64,000 nt of DNA from a virus (lineage: Duplodnaviria > Caudoviricetes): the IMG/VR virus record IMGVR_UViG_3300035698_035303, positions 639 to 64,638 of that record; one strand, written 5' to 3'. The translations under genes and the position numbers were made by a program. Positions 11,249-22,700 of this stretch are shown in pieces. The first letter of the stretch is position 1. Each line of letters begins with the position of its first letter. A model generated the notes under the pieces. That model searched no databases. It had not been told where the DNA came from and worked only from the letters and a program-made list of their open reading frames with translations.

Positions 11249-14200
11249 ATGCCTGGATTAGTAACATGGGGGCTTGGTTCCCCATCGTCTTATATTTTAA
11301 CTCATGGATTAGGAACATTGAGTCTATCCCCAACGGGCTGGGCTGATGATTTTATTCGTGACCCACATTTAGTTGGACAGACCGAAACAGGTACGTCTTT
11401 ACTTTTTAACCAATGGCATCCTCAAACTGGGGCTATCGTTGCTCCTTCTATTGGTGGTATCTATAATATTGGGACAAGGTTTGGTAGAGCTGGAACTAAT
11501 GTTGTAAAAACTGGTTTAGCTGACTTAGCATTCCGTAATATTGATATTACTCTTAACGAGCCAACAGGTGTTGGTGTTATTACTGGATCGTTTACATTTG
11601 ATCCAACGGTTGCCCCTTTGAACACAGCCGGTGCACCTTATGATTGGACACCAGCAATTATTACTCAGTTTCTCCAGCAAGAAACAACAGGGATTGCAGG
11701 TGCGATTGGTGGAACATATTGGTCTTTAAGCGGAACTACACTTGGAAGATTAATTTTTTCAGGTGTTGATGCTGCTTCTGGCGCTTATATCAGAGTTGAT
11801 ACAACTACAGATCAGTGGGTTGTTGACATTCTTGGATTTTATTCAGGACAGATGCAACTTGCTCAAGTCCCATACGGAATAAGATCAGATGAACCTGGAA
11901 ATTTAGAGTGGGGTCTTGAATTAAGGGCTGAAGGTGATAGTCATTATGCACCTGTTTCAAATCGTTACTTATTAAATTTCGCAGATGATATGAGAACCAT
12001 ACGTCGCGACATCCTTGAGATGAGAGACGGAATTATTTGGGGGTCAGATGACGTCGTCCAATCCGCCTTCCTTGGCGAAAAGAGATTCGATGACGCTGTT
12101 TTAATTAGTACATCTGATTTCTCTAAAGGTATAAAATTTGAGGGAGATCCTACAAATACAGCAACTTCACAAGTTGGTATTCAATGGTTTACTAAAATGC
12201 CAGAAGGATCTGTAATAGGGGACGGAGGCCCAATTAGTGGCGTTTTATATAGTGCGACTGAACCATTACGGGTTGAATATATAATGACAGCAGATAATTC
12301 AACAGGGACCCCTGATTCATGGGCGTGGACAATATTAGGAGAAAATGTTTCAATTGGTGGGGTTGAATTATTCACACATAGAGGCAATGAATTTTCCTTT
12401 AGTGGTATAATTGAAAGCTCAAGTGGCGATTATGATTATGAGCCAGCACATTTAATGCTTCATGAAGGAACAGATTTTAGCGTTATAACATTTGATAATG
12501 TTGCAGATGTTGAAGTTGAGTTAGAATATTCCGGGACAGGTGCGACTTCAAAATTTCAATATGAATTTTCTTTTCTTGCTGGTGTTAATTTAGCATACGA
12601 ACATAATGCTCTATCTCATAGTTTTTGGTTAAATACTGCTGGATTAACGAGATTTTTAGCATATTCACACACTAATCTCCAAATTGATGATAGAGTTGAA
12701 ACAAATATTGGGGCAGGAAGTGTCCCAACTCGTCAAGTTACAAACATGAACACAACTTGGTTTGCAGAATCAGACCTTGCTGCGGTTACCCAACCATTTG
12801 AATGGCAGATTGATTCAGTTGTCCGTGCTTCTTTCGAACCAGCTGGGGCAGCAGGAACACCATTTGCCTTCTTTTTGACATATGATACTGTTGGCGCAGA
12901 TCAAACTCAATTGGTTTTTGAGGCTAATGTAGCCGCACGGACTATTGTTCAATGGCAAGAAGGAACTAGCTTTGGTGTTTATTCAGACATTGATCCAGCG
13001 ACAAATGTTGGGGACATAAGACATACAATTCCTCAATTTGACGCAGTGAATGGGAATAGCTCGTTTGTTATTTATGCTGATGGGGCTAGTCCACATAGAA
13101 TTGTTACAGTCACAGAAGACGAATCCGATAATTATGTTGGCATTGCTCGAGAATTAGTTCTTGGTGATATTAGCGATAATAGCATGGTCCTTCTCTTTGG
13201 AGCAAGGACTGATTTTAGTGACTCAGCTGCTATCGCTTGGAACATACAAGAACAACGTCCACACGGATACGCAGCATCTAGTGATACAGGAGGTTTGCTT
13301 GTCAAACGTGGTGGCGATTCTAACCGTGAGCTGGTTGGTGAATTAGCAGATTATTATAGAATATTCACGCCAAATGATTATTGGTGGGATATCGCAGCCT
13401 CCTTTTGCAATACAGTTGATACAGCGGTTAGTCCAGATGGACGTTTCGGTTATGTTACCCTTGACGGTCCTTTGGCTGGCGCGGGTAGTATGGCAGCACC
13501 ACGCCAGATACTTTCAAAGAATGTGGCAGCAGCTGCAGCCTATATTGAACATAATTTTTTGATTGTTGGTGCGGCAGCAGCACCATGGCCAGCAAATACA
13601 TATAAGTATTTGATGGAAGGGTCAAGAGTTATAATAGGGGATGTTATTCAAGACACCCTTAGTACAGCAACATTTACTATTGTTGATGTTAAACAACAAC
13701 CAAAAGGGACTATTTTATTTAAGGCTGGGCAATATTTCCCACGCCATCGAATGACATTTACAGGGACTATTGGGGCACTTTTTACTGTAGGATTAAAAGT
13801 TTATACTTCTGATGGTGCTGCAGGAGACCCTGATTATAACGCACATGGTCATGTAGTGGAGCGTTTTGACAATGTTGTAGAATCATGGGTTGATGTTGTT
13901 TTATCAGTAGGTAGATTTAATACAGGCGATTATCTTACGCATGGTGGGGCACCCGCAAGTACACAAGAAATTAAAACCGTTACATACCCGTTTGACCACG
14001 AAGGAGATTTCAGCAGAGAGATGTCTGAGATTAAAATTTTAGGAGAAAACGGAGTAATTTTCAATACCCATGCTGGTTTAATTAAACTTGATGGGGCAAG
14101 TGGTGGTCTCGACATAAGTACCATCATGACAGGTACGTCTGCGAATGAAACATCAGACAAAAGAATTAAAGGGTTAGATGTTGGATTATCATTCGATAAT

Positions 14201-17200
14201 ATTACGTTTGGCGGTTGGCTTCCTTATGAAGTATTTGAAGATACTCACAATGAGCATGGTATTGTAGTTGCTGAGAAAGTTAATGGTAACCAATCATGGT
14301 TTTATGGACTAAAATTTAAAAATTGCAAGTTTAATGATCGTCTTGTTTGGTTCCACGATGAGGACATAACCACACCAAATAATGGTAGATTTAATATTGG
14401 TATTAAGGTCGAGGACTGTACTGTTGACCCAACATTCTTCCTCGGTTTAGAAGAGGAATCTGCCTATTTGGTTGATATGCCTCATGATATTCTTGATTAT
14501 GGAAGTTTTAGAAAATATGATTATGATATATCAGAATACCGTATCGGTCCTGCATTGGTAGATAGTTCCTTCAAAAACATTGAAGTATTTTCTCCCACAA
14601 TGAGATCATTTGAGCCAATAGAGGTAGTCCCATTTTGTATTACAGGAATGTTAAACACAACATTCGACAATGTTAAAGAACTTTGGCAATCATATACTGG
14701 GTCAACAGATGCAGATTTAGGATTTGCATCGGCTAAAGTCAATAATTACGCTGATGTAACTATTACAAATTGCGATTTCAGAGCAAAAAATGTCGAAATG
14801 GGCATGTTGTTCTGTGAGAAAACATATGATGCTGATGTGAGTGGTCTTGGCTTGGGTGAAAATGATTTCTTGTTCTTTGGTAATGGTCAAGCTGGACAAA
14901 TTGTTGAAATAACTGGTCCAGCAGTTAATACTGTTGCTATTATTAAATTATTCAATGATGGATGGCCAGGAAGAGGTACTTCTGTAGGTGACGACTTAAT
15001 GTATTCAGGGGAGACAGTTACTAGCGACAAATATATCGCTATAAATGCTGGATTCCAAGTTGCGTCTGAAAATGATTATTCTTATCAGCAAGGGTCATTA
15101 CGATTCTTAGACAATAAATGTTTATGCATCAGAGGGGTTAGTGGCCAATTCGCAACTACCATTGGGGACGTGGAACAATATGATTATGACAATATAGCTA
15201 TAATACTAGATAATACCTTTAGTGGTAAATACTGGATTCCGCCAGAAGCTGGAGAACGTTGGCTTAATCCCATGTGTATGCGTGGCATTTGTGCTGATTT
15301 TATTGGGCTTAATGAAGTTATTTGGCACAATAATATATGTTCTAATGTTGGTTTTGATGATTATACGGGTGATGTATGGACACGTGATGATGGATTATTC
15401 CATGCACTAGTAACATTTAAAAGCTGCTTGTCTTTCAATGCAGATAAAAATATATATAAGAAAATTGGATCCCCATATACTCATGAAGTATTTTTTGCGG
15501 CTGATGCTAAAACAGATGGTGACGAATTATGTGTATACCGTGGATTCTTTAGTGATGATGTCCGTATTGAAAATGATAATGCAAGCAATATCATAGCAGG
15601 TAATGCATCCGCCACTGATATTTATAGCCAGGGTGGAGCTGCATTACCAGTTGTCGGTGGGAATGTTGCTTTTGCAGCATTAACTGGCGTTAAAAATTAT
15701 AAAATTGATAATAATGACATAACTGGTTTTGAATCAGGCTATGGCTCAGGCGCAGAAGTTACATATTCACGAGCTGGAACTTGTTCTATTGTTGCAAATC
15801 TAAGGTACCCTGGGAATACCTGGGAGATAGGTAGTACCGCGACATCCGATGACGGCATTATCACAAGGGCAGAATACAATAGGGTAGCAAGCGTTCAAGA
15901 CAATACTATTAAAGATTGTATCGCTAAACGTGGAACAAATATTGAAGTTGCAACTGACTTTGATGCTGGCGAATATATAAGTACTAATGGAGATAATACA
16001 GGACCAGGGCAAGGTGGGTTTTTTGTCCCGTTCCTTTCTAATTCGGCACCGGAGAGTACTTATGAACATTTCGATGAATTAACCGTTGATAACAATGATT
16101 TTATAAATTGTGTATCCGGTGATTCTGGCGTTAGTACGGTTGGCAATCAAATGGCGGGTGGCCGTGGTGGCTCATGGATTGGTACTTTCCATACTCAAGG
16201 TACTTATACAGAGATGAGGAATTTTAGTTTCTCGGATAATAAATTAAGGAACTGCAAAGCTGGTAATGGAAGTGATGCGAGAATAGGTACAGGGGCTGGG
16301 GATTTAGATGGTGGGCTCGGTGGTAATATTTTATTATCATATCTTGACGGTTTCCAATCAGCTACAGGCGTTGTTACTACAGGGAAAATATCTAACTCTA
16401 AAATTAATGATAATCAATTAGAACGTTGTTTCTCAGGTGATGGGGCATTAAGTAATGTAGCAGTCGGAGATCCATCGCCTGGATACCCAGGATCTTTCAA
16501 TCTTTGTCGTTTAGAAGCTTTCAGAGGCGTTTTTAGTAGAACAGATGTTGTTGGGCTAGATATTGGGAACAATACATTAGTTGATTGTTGGATGGGCAAT
16601 AACCCAGATTATGCGTTTAGAAACATTCCTATAGTTAAATGGTATGAGTACAATGGTACAACCAAAGATGGGGTCATGAAAGATGAAATGGCTTTCGTTT
16701 ATGGTGGGTCGGTTGTTTCATGGTCATTTTTATGTATGGAAACTCCTGACTTAGTAGCGACATTATCACCTAAAATTATGGGAACAGGTATTAATGTTCA
16801 TGATAATAAAGTAATATCTTATTATACAAGCCTATCAGATTATAACCGCCCTGACGTAGTTAAAGGGATTCCTTTTGCAAGCGTTCACTGTTTTAGCGAA
16901 ATAGGTTTAACTGTTGCTAAAGATTGGGCATGGAATGATCTTAATGTTGTTGATAACGAAATTAAGATTGATTGGCCTACAGCGGGTACATATGATAATA
17001 TTCAAACTCATTTTCTTTTCACAAATAATATAGCTTCTGCTACAGATTCGGCGAACCTATCGGATTTCGATAATGTTGACGTTTTGGTACAAAGGAATTT
17101 GATGCAAGAAGCGCGTGACAATGTTATTGGATCAAATTATTCAAATCCTATCATCCCTCAATGGGTAGGTGGCTCCACATCTTTTGGGCCGGACCAATTA

Positions 17201-17824
17201 GCTCTTACTCTCAGTGGGACTGGAGCTAATGGATTAAAGTTTTTTATTAATAATATGGTACTTAATTCAGTAGGATTTAAATTTATTATGTCATTAAGTT
17301 ACTATGACAGTTACGTACAATTTACTTGTGAAAATGGTGCCCAACATATTTTTGATACTGCTACAATTAATACGGATTTGAATTTAGCGAGTAGTTTGGA
17401 TTATGATGATTCAGTAGTGAGACCATTAGAGTCGTATACCAATAATATGGCCATAATTGCTCACGTTATTGAAAATGCTTTTGTAAGAATTGGAATGAAT
17501 GTATCTGTAGGATATCATCTACATGGTACTATAGGGGACCCTTCCCCAGAAATAATAGTTAGATTAGATAAAGGGTATTGGGGAACAATATCACAAAAAG
17601 TTGCAGTTGGGGATGAAGCTACATTCCAATTGGGATTAAGAACTCTGTCCGGAGCCCCAGCCTACATTTTATTTGATATAGCTAAGTTTGGATCTAACGG
17701 AACGTTAGAACAACATCATTATACATATAGTTCCACATCGCCTCGCCCGTCTATAAGTACATGGGCAATTAAATCTATTGATGATAATGGATCTCGTGGC
17801 ATCCTTGTAAAAGATAATTATTAA
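11249..17824 (+). CDS. Giant tail fibre/tailspike with predicted right-handed beta-helix region
   Basis: 2191 aa; repeated [DN]Nx[ILF]xxC turns (DNTIKDC, NNDFINC, DNKLRNC, DNQLERC, NNTLVDC) in the C-terminal half. Confidence 0.7.
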   Translation: MPGLVTWGLGSPSSYILTHGLGTLSLSPTGWADDFIRDPHLVGQTETGTSLLFNQWHPQTGAIVAPSIGGIYNIGTRFGRAGTNVVKTGLADLAFRNIDITLNEPTGVGVITGSFTFDPTVAPLNTAGAPYDWTPAIITQFLQQETTGIAGAIGGTYWSLSGTTLGRLIFSGVDAASGAYIRVDTTTDQWVVDILGFYSGQMQLAQVPYGIRSDEPGNLEWGLELRAEGDSHYAPVSNRYLLNFADDMRTIRRDILEMRDGIIWGSDDVVQSAFLGEKRFDDAVLISTSDFSKGIKFEGDPTNTATSQVGIQWFTKMPEGSVIGDGGPISGVLYSATEPLRVEYIMTADNSTGTPDSWAWTILGENVSIGGVELFTHRGNEFSFSGIIESSSGDYDYEPAHLMLHEGTDFSVITFDNVADVEVELEYSGTGATSKFQYEFSFLAGVNLAYEHNALSHSFWLNTAGLTRFLAYSHTNLQIDDRVETNIGAGSVPTRQVTNMNTTWFAESDLAAVTQPFEWQIDSVVRASFEPAGAAGTPFAFFLTYDTVGADQTQLVFEANVAARTIVQWQEGTSFGVYSDIDPATNVGDIRHTIPQFDAVNGNSSFVIYADGASPHRIVTVTEDESDNYVGIARELVLGDISDNSMVLLFGARTDFSDSAAIAWNIQEQRPHGYAASSDTGGLLVKRGGDSNRELVGELADYYRIFTPNDYWWDIAASFCNTVDTAVSPDGRFGYVTLDGPLAGAGSMAAPRQILSKNVAAAAAYIEHNFLIVGAAAAPWPANTYKYLMEGSRVIIGDVIQDTLSTATFTIVDVKQQPKGTILFKAGQYFPRHRMTFTGTIGALFTVGLKVYTSDGAAGDPDYNAHGHVVERFDNVVESWVDVVLSVGRFNTGDYLTHGGAPASTQEIKTVTYPFDHEGDFSREMSEIKILGENGVIFNTHAGLIKLDGASGGLDISTIMTGTSANETSDKRIKGLDVGLSFDNITFGGWLPYEVFEDTHNEHGIVVAEKVNGNQSWFYGLKFKNCKFNDRLVWFHDEDITTPNNGRFNIGIKVEDCTVDPTFFLGLEEESAYLVDMPHDILDYGSFRKYDYDISEYRIGPALVDSSFKNIEVFSPTMRSFEPIEVVPFCITGMLNTTFDNVKELWQSYTGSTDADLGFASAKVNNYADVTITNCDFRAKNVEMGMLFCEKTYDADVSGLGLGENDFLFFGNGQAGQIVEITGPAVNTVAIIKLFNDGWPGRGTSVGDDLMYSGETVTSDKYIAINAGFQVASENDYSYQQGSLRFLDNKCLCIRGVSGQFATTIGDVEQYDYDNIAIILDNTFSGKYWIPPEAGERWLNPMCMRGICADFIGLNEVIWHNNICSNVGFDDYTGDVWTRDDGLFHALVTFKSCLSFNADKNIYKKIGSPYTHEVFFAADAKTDGDELCVYRGFFSDDVRIENDNASNIIAGNASATDIYSQGGAALPVVGGNVAFAALTGVKNYKIDNNDITGFESGYGSGAEVTYSRAGTCSIVANLRYPGNTWEIGSTATSDDGIITRAEYNRVASVQDNTIKDCIAKRGTNIEVATDFDAGEYISTNGDNTGPGQGGFFVPFLSNSAPESTYEHFDELTVDNNDFINCVSGDSGVSTVGNQMAGGRGGSWIGTFHTQGTYTEMRNFSFSDNKLRNCKAGNGSDARIGTGAGDLDGGLGGNILLSYLDGFQSATGVVTTGKISNSKINDNQLERCFSGDGALSNVAVGDPSPGYPGSFNLCRLEAFRGVFSRTDVVGLDIGNNTLVDCWMGNNPDYAFRNIPIVKWYEYNGTTKDGVMKDEMAFVYGGSVVSWSFLCMETPDLVATLSPKIMGTGINVHDNKVISYYTSLSDYNRPDVVKGIPFASVHCFSEIGLTVAKDWAWNDLNVVDNEIKIDWPTAGTYDNIQTHFLFTNNIASATDSANLSDFDNVDVLVQRNLMQEARDNVIGSNYSNPIIPQWVGGSTSFGPDQLALTLSGTGANGLKFFINNMVLNSVGFKFIMSLSYYDSYVQFTCENGAQHIFDTATINTDLNLASSLDYDDSVVRPLESYTNNMAIIAHVIENAFVRIGMNVSVGYHLHGTIGDPSPEIIVRLDKGYWGTISQKVAVGDEATFQLGLRTLSGAPAYILFDIAKFGSNGTLEQHHYTYSSTSPRPSISTWAIKSIDDNGSRGILVKDNY

Positions 17825-17843
17825 AAACACGTAGGAGAATAAA

Positions 17844-18080
17844 ATGACTAAAGCAAAAAAAGATAAAAAGCCTGAAGTTATTCAGCTTAATACAGCAGAG
17901 AAACATGGGATAACATCTTTATTACAGAGACGAGAAACCGCTGTTAATGAATTAAATCAAGTTACTCAACAAATTGAGGAATCCCAAAAGTCTATTATAA
18001 CAACTAGAGGCTATAAAAATATGGATAATTGGCGTTTAGATACTCAGACATGGGTTATGACAAGGAATGATGAAAAATAA
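17844..18080 (+). CDS. Small coiled-coil protein, possible fibre chaperone
   Basis: AGGAG RBS; heptad-like segment; directly follows the fibre gene. Confidence 0.5.
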   Translation: MTKAKKDKKPEVIQLNTAEKHGITSLLQRRETAVNELNQVTQQIEESQKSIITTRGYKNMDNWRLDTQTWVMTRNDEK

Positions 18081-18140
18081 AATGGTTTACTATTGCGTTA
18101 AATAGCCGTATTAAATCCGTTAATTTTTTCTAATTAAAAA

Positions 18141-18175
18141 CGACAATTTTTTTAATTGAGTTTATGACAAGATAA
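18141..18175 (+). promoter_or_regulatory. CGACAA-N22-AAGATAA motif (candidate late promoter)
   Basis: Intergenic, ~20 nt before the ATG at 18195; recurs elsewhere. Confidence 0.5.
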
Positions 18176-18194
18176 AAAGGGAGAAGGAGTTTTA

Positions 18195-19265
18195 ATGGCA
18201 ATTTACCGTTTAGATAAACATAATCTTAGAAGAATAGCACCTCTTGCATCTGAGGATTTTGGACAAGTTCATAATCCCACTTTGTCTGCAGAGGGATATT
18301 ATATAGAAGTCGATGTTCATATTCCGCTTCTCCCTCAATCCCCATTACAACCAACAACTTGTGTAAGTTATCAATTTTTAACTAACCCTGGATTTACTCC
18401 GGGGGAATATATTACAGGTGCGCCAGGATTAGGTGTTGAGGAACTTGATTTCACTGCTAATATTCCTGTTCCTGGATTTGTCCGGGGCGAGGTAATAACC
18501 GATGCAGTATTAGGAACGGCTATTGTCGCGAGAAGATACAGCAATAATAAATATTTAGTTTATAATGTTACCGCTGTTTGGGGTGGCGGTGCTGTTACTG
18601 GGGCGTTAGGTGGCGGTGGAACAACACCTGGTATTGTTGCTGGAAATGTTGCAGCATCAGCCAGATTTGCTTCCGTACACCAAAGAAATAATGAGGATAA
18701 TACAAATTTGTTTTATGAAAACAATATGTTTTTTCCTCCAGGTTGTACCTTAGCAGGCGTAACATCTGGAATTATTGCTAACCCTTTAGTTCTAATGGCA
18801 CCTCAGCTTACTGCTGAGTTAAAAGATATTAAACATCAGGTTGATACTGTTATGTCCTCCCAAGTTCAAGGAGTCATGTTTAAAGCAGTTCTTCTTTATG
18901 GTGATTTGGCGCAATTAATGAATTCATTAGCTGCTGCGGCAGACTTCGGACAACGTCGTGTTACACGTGGTGAAATGGCATGGAATGCTGATGTTTGGCA
19001 AGGCGTTACTGAAACAACTGCTACAACATCATTTGATATGCAATTAATGCGATTACCAGGTAATTATGATTCTACAGTTCCGGCTCCAACCACTGCATTC
19101 AATACAGATATACCCGCTTATAAAGATGGAGCGATTCTTCGTCTTTATGTTGGGGAGGCAAAAGCTGGCGCTGTTGCTGCATTAGTTGAGCTACTTGTTG
19201 CTAGACAAATTACTTATAATGAACTTTGGAATTTCCAAAGTGTTATTCATAGGAATGGACAATAA
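18195..19265 (+). CDS. Putative virion structural protein with F-x-x-G-E-x-I-T modules
   Basis: FTPGEYITG, FVRGEVITD and FPPGCTLAG repeats; strong RBS. Confidence 0.55.
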   Translation: MAIYRLDKHNLRRIAPLASEDFGQVHNPTLSAEGYYIEVDVHIPLLPQSPLQPTTCVSYQFLTNPGFTPGEYITGAPGLGVEELDFTANIPVPGFVRGEVITDAVLGTAIVARRYSNNKYLVYNVTAVWGGGAVTGALGGGGTTPGIVAGNVAASARFASVHQRNNEDNTNLFYENNMFFPPGCTLAGVTSGIIANPLVLMAPQLTAELKDIKHQVDTVMSSQVQGVMFKAVLLYGDLAQLMNSLAAAADFGQRRVTRGEMAWNADVWQGVTETTATTSFDMQLMRLPGNYDSTVPAPTTAFNTDIPAYKDGAILRLYVGEAKAGAVAALVELLVARQITYNELWNFQSVIHRNGQ

Positions 19266-19732
19266 TGGCGGATAGAGTATATCATAGATTAGGGCAGACA
19301 TATATGCTTCAAGTAATACCTATTGATGCATTGGGAGCCTTTTTGTCTGGTCTTCAAATTTATGCTTATGTTCAACGCAATAGTGACCAAGCAATGTTCA
19401 ATTTTGCTGTTTATAATTCGGATCCATCAGGACAAGTCTGGGTGGGTGGTCAAACAGGAAACCCTATTCCTTCTTATCCGGATCTCGCAGGGGAACTACC
19501 AGAGTTTAAATTAGATACTATATCCCTTGCTTATCAAGAATCTTGGAATTTTCCCGAAAACAAAGACACAGAGGATTCTGATCCTCAAGTTTATACAATT
19601 TGGTATTATAGTCCGGGGTCCTTAGGACTCATAGGTAGTGAACAAGTAGTGTTTATGCCCAAAGCACTATCGTTCAATGCTTATTACGCTTCACCAGTTA
19701 GCGAAGGGCAATTTACGGTTAGACAAAGTTAA
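19265..19732 (+). CDS. Putative virion structural protein
   Basis: Coupled ORF (TAATG overlap) in the tail module. Confidence 0.5.
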   Translation: MADRVYHRLGQTYMLQVIPIDALGAFLSGLQIYAYVQRNSDQAMFNFAVYNSDPSGQVWVGGQTGNPIPSYPDLAGELPEFKLDTISLAYQESWNFPENKDTEDSDPQVYTIWYYSPGSLGLIGSEQVVFMPKALSFNAYYASPVSEGQFTVRQS

Positions 19733-19744
19733 GGAGAAACTATA

Positions 19745-22700
19745 ATGGCTAATTACCCAGAATTCAACAAAGCTTCTATTTGGAATGCATTGTTTGACAG
19801 TGATCCAAGTTGGATCAAAAGACCCGCTCTAAGAGGATTATCATGGTACCGTGAGGTTCTAAGTGGGTCTCATGAAACTCAAGCGCCTTCTGACAAATTG
19901 TTGGTAGGTAACAACGATGATCAAGTTTGGCTTATTGATCCAGTGACAAATCAGACTTGGATGATGTTCAAACTTCCTGATGCTACTGGTGATATGAATA
20001 TTCTTATGGCTGCTGCTAAAACAGCCGATAATGTAATTACTGACGCCAAAATGCTAAATGCAACATTGTTTGTAACTGTTTCTGGTACAAACGGTGACGG
20101 ACTTTACGCAATTGACTTTTTGAATGACTCTGCGTTGTTCTTTGACGAAAATGGCGTATTTCAATATCGTGAACCAATATCAGGACGTGACAGTGGCTTA
20201 TGGTCACAGATTTCATCCGCCCTTACAGGTATTGAATCAGGAACACCAACAGGTATTGAGGTACAAGCGGCTAGTCCCCCTATATTGGTTTATACTCAGG
20301 AAACAAAAGAGACTTTCATCAAATGGGAAGGTATCGAAAGTGTTTGTCTTACCCTTAAAGATGCTACATTTTTGTTTAGCGATGCTCAGTGGATTCCAAA
20401 TACATTTAAACCATTAGTTTTTGGAACAATTGCAGCAACGGGCGTTACTGAAATGGGTATCGGACCAATAATAAATTCCGACTCGTTTGTTGTCAATACA
20501 TCACCAATAGACATTTCAGATTATGGTGAAATTGCCCTTTTTGGTTTTAATGGTGATTTAGTATCTGGAGTTGATAGACCGAGCCTCCACGGATATAATT
20601 TGATTGATACTATCGAATCCCATGCATCTGTTACTTATACAAGAAATGATGAGATTAGTAGTTCTGATATCTCAATTATGACATCAACTGATAGCCGTTT
20701 GACTATGACTCATATAGATAATGATAATGAACCAACTATGAGATATATTGATGCTCATTCCGTTCGCCCTCATACTTATTTCAGTATTGACGCTGATATT
20801 TTATGGGCACGTTTCGGTTATCCGTCTGCTGAATTTTCAAATGAGTGGGGTCCATTCGGATCATGGATTTGGAATGACGGTACAACCGATATTTCTACCC
20901 AAGCTAATGACATGACATATGTTGGGGCTGGAGCAGTATTCGCAAATCTTATTATGCCATTTACTGGTATTGCTGGAACTAGCGATTATGGTCATGCTGA
21001 TAGCGACATGGACTTTATATCCGCTGGCTTTACGTTGTTTGGATCAATACTCCCACAATCATTAACAGGAACACAAGCTGTTTTTTGTAAGTACGATGCT
21101 GGCGTTGCTGCAGCAGCCGATGAGAAAACATTCAGACTATATTTTGACGGAAATGATTTAATTTTTAATGTTTTTGATAATAGTGTTTGTCAAGCTGGTA
21201 CTGATACCTATCTTGGTAGAAAAGTATCTGACTTGCTTACAGCAGTTACTGGTAAAATTGGATTAGATAATTGGTTTCATTTCTTGGCTATTTATAGAGG
21301 TAACCAAGGCGATTCAGAAAGCTCATGCGAGATTTGGATTAATGGCCAGCGCATGGATGATACTGACGACGAGAACAATGTTGCCAACTTTGTAGAAGTT
21401 GAATCAACTGCAACTGATATTTCTATTGCAGCGGATTATGCAGCAGGAGCAGCAGATAATTTTGCGTATATGACTGCGTCTAAAGTAGGTATCAAATACG
21501 GCCCAATCGCAACAAACACAATTGCTCGCTTTTATGAAGCAACTGCCTTTGTTATGCCAACTGAAACTGGTCGTCATTATGACGCATATTTAATTCCTGA
21601 TACTTTTTCTGCAGGTAATTCAAGTTGGGATGAGACCGGAGCTGGCCCAGGAAATGCGTTCTTTGACTTTGACGGAATAAGTACACACCTTGTTGGTGAA
21701 GGTGCGACGGCAGCATTTAGACCAACTGACGGTTTGTACACGAGTTTTTGGTTTAAGACGGCAGACGCCGATGCATCAAACCAAACCTTGATAAGTAAAG
21801 GTATCGCACGATATGAAATCGGACTTGGTGACTTAGCTGGTGGTGCCGCAGACAACTTTGTTCATGTTCAGTTTAATACAAACGCAATTGCTGGTGAGTT
21901 AATTTCATCCTATTCCGTTCCTGATGATACATGGGTTCATGTTGCATTATATTGGTCGACTGATGAAGGTAATGTTTATTTATGGGTAAATGGGGAAGAA
22001 GATTCCACAGCCTTTGCTGGTCCTATAAATAATACAACTGCCGATGTTATTTTTGGAGCAAGAGATGATGGCGCAGCAAGTTTTGAAAATTACCTTGACG
22101 GTTCAATGGCTTGTTTCCGTACTTCAATCCATACAGAGGATGCTGAAATAGAGGTCGGTGCTATAACCGAAATGGTTCATAAAGAATACATTGACGGCGT
22201 TCGTAATATGGGTGATATTTACAGGTTGGTAGAACCCTTAAAAGTTGAATTGTTTGATAACCAACAAACAGGCGTTATTACAGGTTGTAGCACAAGAACA
22301 AAATATTTGTTTGGAGCTGACGGTCATATAATTGATGCTGATACTTTGGCTGATAATGCTGAAGATTACAGCATGGACTTGTACTTTAACGAGAATGAAG
22401 ATGTTATCATATATGATGACGGAACCCGTACAGTTAACACAGTTACTCTTGATTCAAGAGAATCAATTGCTTTATCTGAAAGATCTGTTTTAACTAGTGT
22501 TGGATTTGAAAACGCAACTACACCTCCTGTTGAAACAGCACTAAGAAGTTATCAGGTTGACCTTAGTGCGTTTAATTTAACTATTACAAATCCCCCAGGT
22601 ATGACACTTGAGGATGACTTTACAACTCTTGATTTTGATCCTACAACTGATGAACAAGTTAAGTTTGCTTTTAGAATACCAAATGATTTTACTCCAAAAC

